Source: an uncultured Desulfobacteraceae bacterium (GTDB taxonomy: Bacteria; Desulfobacterota; Desulfobacteria; Desulfobacterales; UBA5852). From it: a DNA stretch of 64,000 bases. The position numbers were made by a program, and so were the translations under genes. Every line of letters starts with the position of its first letter. Position 1 is the stretch's first letter. Location of the stretch: positions 194,605-258,604 of the forward strand of contig CALNZV010000007.1 of assembly GCA_942491115.1 (NCBI GenBank), in the 5' to 3' direction. This document shows, piece by piece, positions 11,483-19,781 of this stretch. The notes beneath the pieces were generated by a model. The model made no database searches and was not told where the DNA came from. It saw nothing but the letters and a program-made list of their open reading frames with translations.

Positions 11483-13209
11483 ATTCTATATTCCCCCTGT
11501 CAACAAAAAAATAAAAGATGAATTATCAATAAGTTATCTTTTTAGTCGGAGCCCACAAACACTTCTCCCGTCGGTATTGTATGTCGGCGAGTTTCTCTCT
11601 TCTCGGCGAACTCATGGCCTGATCGTTACAGTTATCCGGTGTCCTGCCGGAAACGGCGGCACCCATCATTCCTTATCCAGGCTTGGAGTTCAGAGAGAGG
11701 CCCGGGGATTGTCCCTCCAGAGGTTATGGCCTCAACGTCCTTTATCGGGCTCTCTCGCCGAACAAACTGCTTTGATTGTTAAAAGCGCCGCTTACACTTG
11801 CAGCAGCGCGGGATCATAATCCGTATTGTCGCGCATCATGCACCAGGCAATCACCAGCATTTTGACGGCCAGTTTCACCCGCATCTTGGTCTTGATGCCG
11901 CGCTCGCGCTCCCGCCCCTGCAGGTAGCGCGTAAACAAAGCTCGGAAGCCGTCGTTGTGATACGTGGCAATTAGCGCTGCTTGATACAAGGCATAGCGAA
12001 GGTCGCCATTGCCGCGCTTGGAGATCACCGGCACGGCCGTATCACTGCTCTTGCCGCTGCGCTTGGCATTCAGATCGTAGCCGGCCAGGCGGATAAGCTG
12101 CTTCCTGCCGGCAAAGCGGTGCGGGTTGCCGATGCGGGCGATCACCTGGGAGGCGATGTAGGGGCCAAAGCCTGGGATCGTTAACAGCCGCCGGTAAGAG
12201 GCAAAGCCCCGGCAGATGCGCTCGATGCGTTCTTCGGTATCCTCGATGCGTTCGCGCAGGCCGTTTAGGCGATCCACCAGCTGACGGGCTTCGAACCGGG
12301 CGGCATCATCCACGGGGCAGCCGACCGACACCGCAGCAGCCTCGTAGATGCGCTGCAAACGCTTGACCTGCCGTAGGCCCCGATCCCGGTCGGTGACCCG
12401 CCGGAGAAAATCGTCAAAGGATATGGCGCTGATCGTGCGCGGGTCCAGACAGCTGCGCACAATGGCCAGATTCTCTTTAAGGCAGCTGCCCCACAAGCGG
12501 TCCATCTCGGGGAAGTGGCGGACCAGAAGTCCGTTGCGAATCTGCATGCGCACGCTGTGTTCATCGCGTTTGAGCCGCTTGCGAAGCGACAGCAAGCAGC
12601 GCAACGCGGTAAGCTCCGCCGAAGGTTGTTCGAAGAACTGGCATTTGCCCTGGGCCATCAGATCAGCCACATTGGCGCTGTCCTTGGTATCGTGCTTGTC
12701 CCAGCGGCCGTCGAGACTCTCGCGGTTGTCGGCAATGGCTTTGCTGGAGACCAGGACCAAAAACCGTCTCTGCTCCAAAAGCCAATTGGCCAATGGCTTG
12801 TGGTAATTGCCGGTGGGTTCCAATCCGAAAGCGACTCTTGTGCAGGAGTGGGTCACCATCAGTTGTTCAACGCGTTCGATGAGCTGTTCAAAACCGGTGC
12901 GGTTGTTGTCAAAGATCTGGCGCTTTAAAAGGGTCTTTCCGGTGGCGGTGCCGAAGAAGGCATGGTGGCGCTCCTTGGCCACATCGATGCCTACGAGCAG
13001 ATAATCCCGGCAGCCGCGCACAGTGGAGCGAAATTGACAGAATGCCTCATACCTGTTAGCTTCTTCGTTACTCATGATAGCCTCCTCGTAGCTCGTGTTG
13101 AAGGTTTGCCCACCTTTGTGTTACCTGGAGGCTATTTTCTTTTCAAGGCGATAATTACTTTTATTTTTACTACTCTTGGAGGTATATTCTCTAACTATTT
13201 CAATATATA
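11483..13209 (-). mobile_element. IS110-family insertion sequence (~1.73 kb), no terminal inverted repeats, flanked by AC on both sides
   Basis: Boundaries inferred by comparing the interrupted element TIR with intact copies. The two ends carry an outward TTGACA and a TATATA that would form a promoter on circularisation. The 309-nt non-coding end 3' of the transposase gene suggests an IS1111-like layout. Confidence 0.85.
11792..13075 (-). CDS. IS110-family DEDD transposase
   Basis: N-terminal LLVGIDVAKERHH (DEDD/RuvC-like domain) and C-terminal LLTIPGFGPYIASQV...SKRGNGDLRYALYQAA (Transposase_20-type domain). 427 aa. RBS GAGGAGG lies upstream. Confidence 0.93.
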   Translation of the reverse strand: MSNEEANRYEAFCQFRSTVRGCRDYLLVGIDVAKERHHAFFGTATGKTLLKRQIFDNNRTGFEQLIERVEQLMVTHSCTRVAFGLEPTGNYHKPLANWLLEQRRFLVLVSSKAIADNRESLDGRWDKHDTKDSANVADLMAQGKCQFFEQPSAELTALRCLLSLRKRLKRDEHSVRMQIRNGLLVRHFPEMDRLWGSCLKENLAIVRSCLDPRTISAISFDDFLRRVTDRDRGLRQVKRLQRIYEAAAVSVGCPVDDAARFEARQLVDRLNGLRERIEDTEERIERICRGFASYRRLLTIPGFGPYIASQVIARIGNPHRFAGRKQLIRLAGYDLNAKRSGKSSDTAVPVISKRGNGDLRYALYQAALIATYHNDGFRALFTRYLQGRERERGIKTKMRVKLAVKMLVIAWCMMRDNTDYDPALLQV

Positions 13210-13829
13210 ACGCCCTTTATATTTATACATTTACTTGCGAAGTCGTTTTTGATACTGATCGAGCATGCCAAGGCGAGCGCGAATCGACGCACCGGGTGCG
13301 ATCCACCATATCATTGTCAGGGGAATCGAGCGGCGCAAGATATTCGTTGACGACGAGGACCGCCATGACTTTGTAAAACGGCTGGGCGATGTGGTTGGGC
13401 CGTCGTCCAATCGATTCGCAAGACCGGTGTATTCTTGAAAAGCGACGAACGCATTTTGGGTAGCAGCGAATTTGTGGATAAGGTCTTGGCTGCTGCCCAG
13501 GAGGTCATGCAGAACAAGTATGCACTGGCTGCTAAGGGTATTGGTTTTGACGAGGTTGTGGCTGCGGTGTCGAGACGGTTGTCGATTAAACCGCAAGCGT
13601 TGGTGGGTCCTTGCAAAGAGCGCATCATTGTAAAGGCCCGGCAGTTAGTGTGCCACTGGGCTGTGAGTGAACTGGGGTTATCGATGACCGAAGTGGCGAA
13701 GAGGTTGGAGATATCCGTGCCAACGGTAAGTGCTGCGGTAAAAAAGGGGAAGCAAATTGTCCTCAGTGAAAGATTGGTGCTGGCTGATCTATTGAATATA
13801 GAAATATGAAGGGCGTCCCTATCGTTCCC
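13210..13829 (+). mobile_element. Copy 1 of the ~0.63-kb TIR-bounded element (right 620 bp; the left 15 bp is at 11468-11482)
   Basis: Near-identical to 19108-19740. The right end ATAGAAATATGAAGGGCGTCCCTATCGTTCCC is the imperfect inverse of the left end GGGTATTTAGGGGACGCCCTTTATATTTATAC (23/32 matches). Confidence 0.85.
13265..13809 (+). pseudogene. Internally deleted Y1 (IS200/COG1943-like) transposase with C-terminal DnaA-C-like HTH
   Basis: 57-aa N-terminal ORF (MPRRARIDAPGAIHHIIVRGIERRKIFVDDEDRHDFVKRLG) stops at 13436-13438. A second frame from 13435 encodes SDERILGSSEFV...WAVSELGLSMTEVAKRLEISVPTVSAAVKKG. The segment that normally carries the HUH motif and catalytic Tyr is absent. Confidence 0.75.
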
Positions 13830-13859
13830 GCTAATGCCAGTACCGACCGGGTACGGCGG

Positions 13860-14575
13860 GGTGACACCATTGGCTATGATGGAGGGGAATCTCTCTGGTG
13901 ACGGATAGAAGGCCACGAGACCCGTACACTGCGACGACCGCGGCTTGTCCTGAAGGTGGAATTCGAAGGATAAGGAATACGATATGACGTGGCCGGGATT
14001 GTCCAGAAAAAGACGCCGGGGGATACGTTACTTTGAATATGATGAGTAAGCGAAGACCGCCGAGATTACGGATCTTCAGAAGATATGTTTATACTAGATA
14101 CGGGAATGGAATCGGGCGGATAGCGGGTATTTCTGACCTTGGAACCGTGATTATGATTACGACGCCCGCGGCCGTTTATACAAGAGACGTAATCTTGAAA
14201 ACTACGTGTTAATGAAATTTTCTTTGGGGCAGGTTGAAAGCTATATATCCAAAGATAGACGTTGAGTTTCCCGCGGTGTGATGGGAGGATATAGAAGCAA
14301 AGAGTAAATTAGGTGCGGATATGGATTGTTTCGGTATGGCGTTTAATTTTGGATCGCCGTCGGATTTATAACCCGGAGGCGACACCATGATAGCAGTATG
14401 GATTGGGTGCTTGAGGTGGTAACGGGAGTAGATGGAGAGGTTTACCACGATGAAATGGAACGTGAGGGTGTAATTGGACGATTTCTGCCTATAACCAGAC
14501 TACCAGTATGATGCCTAATGCTAATGATAGACAATATCTGGGAATTTGATACGCTAGAAAAGTGGGCAACGGTGA
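13860..14575 (+). pseudogene. Degenerate RHS/YD-repeat region
   Basis: YD-type motifs are scattered over different frames and interrupted by stops, e.g. DYDYDARGRLY (14149-14181) and RYFEYDE-stop (14026-14049). Confidence 0.5.
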
Positions 14576-15651
14576 CGGAAGAGGGCAGCAAAGAAATATA
14601 CTACACCGGATCAACAGCTGGCTTGTGACGGAGACATACCAGATGTTGTGCAGGATGCCGCCGGCAACACAACCTCCATCGGCCAGATGGATCTGATCTA
14701 CAATCAACGGAATCGCTTGATCAGGGCCGAAGACAATGGGGTGGTGGTGGGGGAATACGAGTACAATGCCATGGGACAGCGGGTTACCAAAACCATAGAT
14801 GGGGCGACGACCGTATTCATATATGACTTTGATGGCAATATCATCGCCGAAAGTGACATAGACGGCACCTTGCAAAAGGAATATATTTATATTTTGGGAA
14901 ACCGGTTTGCCATGATCGATTCGGCAACCTATTATCTTTATTTTTACCATAACGATCATTTAGGCACCCCGATACTGATGACAGATGTTTACGGGGACTT
15001 GGTGTGGGAGGGCAATTATGCGCCCTTTGGTGATGTCGAGATCAGCGAGGCATCATCTATCGAGAACAACTTCAGGTTTGCGGGCCAATACTATGACCAT
15101 GAGACTGACCTGCACTACAACTACCATCGATACTATGATCCGGCCACTGGAAGGTATCTCACGCCCGACCCGATTGGGCTGGCTGGGGGGATTAATCTGT
15201 ATGCGTATACTGAAAACAATCCGATCAATCTGATTGATCCTTTGGGATTGGACACCACCACCAATAGACTTAATTTTACATTCATTTTTGGAGATATAAC
15301 CATAGGTAGGGCAACTGATGACAAAGGTAACTCTGGATTGGTTTTCTCCGCCGCATTAGGCTTTTCCGCTTCAGTGGGCGTAACTTACGGGAAAACTACT
15401 ACCAATGCGCTACTATTGATAGCCTCCAGGGATGGGGTTCCTCTGCCGGAATAGCCGCTGGAAGCCCCTTATTATTTTTGGGAGCTGAAGTTAATAAAGT
15501 AAAAACCGGGCGATTGAATGAGAATACTTACATGGGTGAGGATTGGGGTGTCGGCTTAGGAATCGGCCTACCATCAACAGGGCAGGTATTTACAGGGATT
15601 ACAGCTCTATATAAAATGGAAGCTGAGGCTGAAAATGTCAACTGTGATTAA
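14576..15651 (+). pseudogene. RHS repeat-associated core domain plus C-terminal toxin tip (5'-degraded, frameshift near 15420)
   Basis: YD repeats then the core motif FRFAGQYYDHETDLHYNYHRYYDPATGRYLTPDPIGLAGGINLYAYTENNPINLIDPLGL. No start codon, open only from 14576. The Gly-rich tail continues in another frame to the TAA at 15649-15651. Confidence 0.85.
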
Positions 15652-15961
15652 TTCATGGCCTATTTGGGGATACTTATTATTCTTTATTTATCTTTACTAT
15701 ATAATTGTAAAGTTCCAGAATACGATTTCTGATAAGTATCCGGATGATGCTGATAAACTTATTGGAACAAAAAGAATATGGGGGATCAATCAGAAATCCG
15801 GATTATTCTTTTTATGGGACAATAATATTAAACAATTAATTCAGAATGATCATGACGTAGTCAGCCTTAGAAGAAGGTGTGTAATATCTTTTTGGATTTT
15901 TCTTTCCTTGTTAATTGTTTTGCCATTCACGGACATTATTGGTGGAATACTATTCAGGTAA
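15635..15961 (+). CDS. Small membrane protein, putative cognate immunity protein of the RHS tip
   Basis: The ATG lies inside the last codons of the toxin-tip frame (typical toxin/immunity overlap). AT-rich. Two hydrophobic helices (WPIWGYLLFFIYLYYIIV, ISFWIFLSLLIVLPF). No recognisable family. Confidence 0.5.
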   Translation: MSTVINSWPIWGYLLFFIYLYYIIVKFQNTISDKYPDDADKLIGTKRIWGINQKSGLFFLWDNNIKQLIQNDHDVVSLRRRCVISFWIFLSLLIVLPFTDIIGGILFR

Positions 15962-16049
15962 TAATGCTTAATTTCTAATTGAGTTATCCATAAAGCTCTT
16001 TGAAATATTAGTTAGATATGCGGCCAATACTTCGAGCGAGACAGGTTGA

Positions 16050-16135
16050 TTACAATTACACAGATATAGATTAAGATTGGTAGGTATATTACGGACGATT
16101 GGGTTGGTGGGGGGATAATTGTATGCGTATGTCGC
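16050..16135 (+). pseudogene. Second, degenerate RHS core-end remnant (orphan cassette)
   Basis: 16079-16132 (ggtaggtatattacggacgattgggttggtggggggataattgtatgcgtatgt) aligns with 15149-15210 (GRYLTPDPIGLAGGINLYAY region) with small indels. Confidence 0.45.
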
Positions 16136-16615
16136 ATCAAAACTAATGATATATGGGTTAAATACGCCGAGAATATGAGGTTAGGTGTATTGAGGAGGAA
16201 CTTAGCCGTGATTATAGTCTGAGATGTGCTTATTGGCGGGAATGTTGTTATGGAAATTGGCGAGGAAGGCATTGGGTGGTGAATTGGGTATGGAGTCGGT
16301 TGATTGTAGATTGGTGGATGGGTGAAGATGACGATGATAGTGTCATATTTGGTTGAATAATCTGGAATGCTGATCGATGATGATGAAACATAAAGTGGTG
16401 GTAGAAAATTGACAAGAGAATGCGGATATTTTGGAAAACAAGACGTGAGGTCGGTAGAGCTTGGAGGCTAAAACGTGAGAACGGGTTACAATAATTCACA
16501 AACACGTATTATGAAGAGGGAAACGTGGTCGATAAAAAAGGTAAGTAATCGACAATTTGTTGAATTACATGCACTAATATTTTAACGAAAACGAGCGCTA
16601 TATGTCTAATAATAA

Positions 16616-17032
16616 TCGAATGAGTATAAGTTTGGAATCCGTGGAGATGCTTTGTCGCCTAATGAAATCACTACGGTCTTGGCAATTTCTCCGACAAAAG
16701 CATGGGAAAAAGGGGCTGTATACAAATCGAAATATCAAGATAAAGATGGTTCAGTAAAAAATCGTCAAGCTAATAGGCCCTGGGGCATTTGGGAGCTATC
16801 GTCGACAGAAGAGACATCCTCTGAAGATATTGAAGACCATGCCCAAATAATTATTAAGAAGTTGTATTCTGCACAAAATATAATCAAAGAGTTGATAAAG
16901 AAACCTAGTTTGCAAGTTTATATCAGTGTTTGGTGGCAACCTGAGGGCGGATATGGTGGGTTTACATTAACCGCAGATAGTATTAATAAACTTAGTTTAT
17001 TGTGTAGAGAGATGAATTTCTATTTTTCCTGA
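16616..17032 (+). CDS. DUF4279-family protein (putative orphan immunity protein); start uncertain
   Basis: FGIRGDALSPNEITTVLAISPTKAWEKG...WGIWELSS...DIEDHAQIIIKKL...GGFTLTADSINKLSLLCREMNFYF fits the DUF4279 pattern. No in-frame ATG; the track uses the TTG at 16652. An ATG at 16602 is out of frame, so a frameshift is possible. Confidence 0.65.
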   Translation, partial: SNEYKFGIRGDALSPNEITTVLAISPTKAWEKGAVYKSKYQDKDGSVKNRQANRPWGIWELSSTEETSSEDIEDHAQIIIKKLYSAQNIIKELIKKPSLQVYISVWWQPEGGYGGFTLTADSINKLSLLCREMNFYFS

Positions 17033-17070
17033 GGAACCGAATAGGGTCGCGCCCTAATTATTCGATTGAT

Positions 17071-17113
17071 ACGGCGGTTGGAGACATTCTTCTTTAACCG
17101 CCGTTTCCTTTTT
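17071..17113 (+). terminator. Rho-independent terminator after the DUF4279 gene
   Basis: 9-bp perfect stem ACGGCGGTT/AACCGCCGT with a 15-nt loop, followed by TTCCTTTTTG. Confidence 0.6.
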
Positions 17114-17503
17114 GGGGGAAGTGCGCAGGTCTGCCGCTGGCGGTTCATGGCCTGCAGGGAGCGAGCTTCGACGGCAAGGAGACATAATGTTGGTTATTAG
17201 CGAAGCGAGGGCAGGCGTCCGCGGGGCGGTGTTTTTGTTTTAACGCAAGCGGCTGCGGAGGTGCCACGGCGGATAAGGCGGCTTATGGCCGTGCCGAGTG
17301 AAGCGACTGCGCCGATGGGAGCGACGAGGAGGCCGCTGTGGCAGCCGGAGCACGGGCGGGCGGGGCATATAGAACAGACCCGATCCTTATTTGGGCGGAT
17401 GGGCGGGTATTGATCGTCAAATCAGACGCGGCTGCGAGCGCAGGCAGCGTAATCCGCCGCAGGCGGATGAAACCCGAGCACGCAGACGCCCCGCATCTTG
17501 TGT

Positions 17504-18025
17504 TCATTGCGGCTCGCATTGATCCGCCGCATAGTCTGCTTCACCGGCTTCGATGGCTGCTTTAGCCCGTTTGTATGCCCATTTAAACGTCTGCGGGCTG
17601 GACTGGTTAAGATCGTCCTTTTTTAGCAGTTCTTTATTTTTTTACGATGTCGATTGTTGATCGCTGCCGCCAGGTCGATTAAGAAGATGCGTGCTGGTTG
17701 CGAAGCGCATTATATTTATTCCCGGCCATGTGGTGGGCGTTTGCACGCTTGTTGGGGTTTAGAAACGTCATCAGCGCAGTCAGTGCTGTTACAATTATAG
17801 CGAGGTATCCCGCCAAAGAGGTGTTATCCTTAAACGCCGATGCACTTGCGATGGCCGCAAGTACAGCGGTCGGCAGCCCAGGCCAAAATGCATCAGTGAC
17901 CAGATGCGGGCAGTCTCAAAATGCCGCTTGGCGGAAAATAGAGTATCTTCTATTATTCGTTGCGTCTCTTTCTGGATAGCGACTCGAAGCTGGACATCCA
18001 TTTGCTCTAATCCCTTTTCATCCAT
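17504..18025 (-). pseudogene. SLATT-domain 2TM effector, frameshifted
   Basis: Spread over three frames: KRHFETARIWSLMHFGLG / LPTAVLAAIASASAF..LAIIVTALTALMTFLNPNKRANAHHMAGNKYNALRN / ELLKKDDLNQSSPQTFKWAYKRAKAAIEAGEADYAAD. The order and content fit the SLATT family. Confidence 0.6.
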
Positions 18026-18590
18026 AGGTCAGGAAATATCCTTCAAATATTTTCTTCCATTCTGCAAAAGCGCTGCTGGTGTATCCTTGGGCCTCATACA
18101 TCTCGGCCTTTATCGCTCTGTTGTACGCCGTCTCGAACCTGCTCTGGGCGTCTTTTACCGTAGAGACATAGTTTAAGCCGCTTACCTGTTCGTCGTTAAG
18201 GCCAGCAGGATCTATCATTTTAAATTTTATTCTTTCTCGCCCTTTATCGAATACATATCGCACCCCTGATGGATAGCTGGAAATCGTGACTCCGTCCAGG
18301 ATGCTTTTGACCATCAACTCCAGGTAAAACCCATAGAATGCGTTTGAGATGCAGCGGCTCCAGCCTTTTATCATCTTTACCAAGGGGACAAGGTTGCCGT
18401 TGTGCCAGGTGTTTGCTTGCGTCATTTGGCTTTCATGAACCGTTGGGTCGGTGGATATCCAGCGGCTGCTTATCGAGTCCGGAATCAGGTAGCCGCCACC
18501 CTGCCTGTAGAAATGGGGACGACATCAACCATAAAGTCCGTAAACGTGATGGTCACCGCCTGGCCGTTGCGACTTATCCTGGGGCTTTTG
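18018..18590 (-). pseudogene. SMODS/CD-NTase-like nucleotidyltransferase, 5'-truncated and frameshifted
   Basis: AVTITFTDFMVDVVPI (frame a), then GGGYLIPDSISSRWISTDPTVH...NGNLVPLVKMIKGWSR...FYGFYLELMV (frame b). The N-terminal catalytic part is missing where element copy 2 begins at 18591. The stop overlaps the SLATT start. Confidence 0.55.
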
Positions 18591-19107
18591 GGGTATTTAG
18601 GGGACGCCCTTTATATTTATACATTTACTTGCGAAGTCGTTTTTGATACTGATCGAGCATGCCAAGGCGAGCGCGAATCGACGCACCGGGTGCGATCACC
18701 ATATATTGTAGGGGAATCGAGCGGCGCAAGATATTCGTTGACGACGAGGACCGCCATGACTTTGTAAAACGGCTGGGCGATGTGGTTGGGCCGTCGTCCA
18801 ATCGATTCGCAAGACCGGTGTATTCTTGAAAAGCGACGAACGCATTTTGGGTAGCAGCGAATTTGTGGATAAGGTCTTGGCTGCTGCCCAGGAGGTCATG
18901 CAGAACAAATGTGCACTGGCTGCCAAGGGTATTGGTTTTGACGAGGTTGTGGCTGCGGTGTCGAGACGGTTGTCGATTAAACCGCAAGCGTTGGTGGGTC
19001 CTTGCAAAGAGCGCATCATTGTAAAGGCCCGGCAGTTAGTGTGCCACTGGGCTGTGAGTGAACTGGGGTTATCGATGACCGAAGTGGCGAAGAGGTTGGA
19101 GATATCC
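18591..19107 (+). mobile_element. Copy 2 of the 0.63-kb element, lacking the last ~112 bp and the right TIR
   Basis: Starts with the left TIR GGGTATTTAGGGGACGCCC. Collinear with copy 3 up to GAGATATCCG, then runs directly into the left TIR of copy 3. Small deletions lie in the N-terminal ORF. Confidence 0.85.
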
Positions 19108-19740
19108 GGGTATTTAGGGGACGCCCTTTATATTTATACATTTACTTGCGAAGTCGTTTTTGATACTGATCGAGCATGCCAAGGCGAGCGCGAATCGACG
19201 CACCGGGTGCGATCCACCATATCATTGTCAGGGGAATCGAGCGGCGCAAGATATTCGTTGACGACGAGGACCGCCATGACTTTGTAAAACGGCTGGGCGA
19301 TGTGGTTGGGCCGTCGTCCAATCGATTCGCAAGACCGGTGTATTCTTGAAAAGCGACGAACGCATTTTGGGTAGCAGCGAATTTGTGGATAAGGTCTTGG
19401 CTGCTGCCCAGGAGGTCATGCAGAACAAATGTGCACGGGCTGCCAAGGGTATTGGTTTTGACGAGGTTGTGGCTGCGGTGTCGAGACGGTTGTCGATTAA
19501 ACCGCAAGCGTTGGTGGGTCCTTGCAAAGAGCGCATCATTGTAAAGGCCCGGCAGTTAGTGTGCCACTGGGCTGTGAGTGAACTGGGGTTATCGATGACC
19601 GAAGTGGCGAAGAGGTTGGAGATATCCGTGCCAACGGTAAGTGCTGCGGTAAAAAAGGGGAAGCAAATTGTCCTCAGTGAAAGATTGGTGCTGGCTGATC
19701 TATTGAATATAGAAATATGAAGGGCGTCCCTATCGTTCCC
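19108..19740 (+). mobile_element. Copy 3 of the 0.63-kb element, complete (both TIRs)
   Basis: Left TIR 19108-19140 and right TIR 19709-19740. Same two-part pseudogene as copy 1 (C-terminal ORF 19346-19720). A few SNPs versus copies 1 and 2. The last 10 bp TATCGTTCCC is repeated at 19741-19750. Confidence 0.88.
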
Positions 19741-19781
19741 TATCGTTCCCCATTTTAAGCATCGGAATATGAGGAGGTAGC

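Noticed and set aside
13210-19750. Possibility that the three ~0.5-0.63-kb repeats are a CRISPR-like or other short-repeat array
   Set aside because: The units are hundreds of bp long, contain a decayed gene and inverted termini, and have no short regularly spaced repeats. No CRISPR array is present anywhere in the window.
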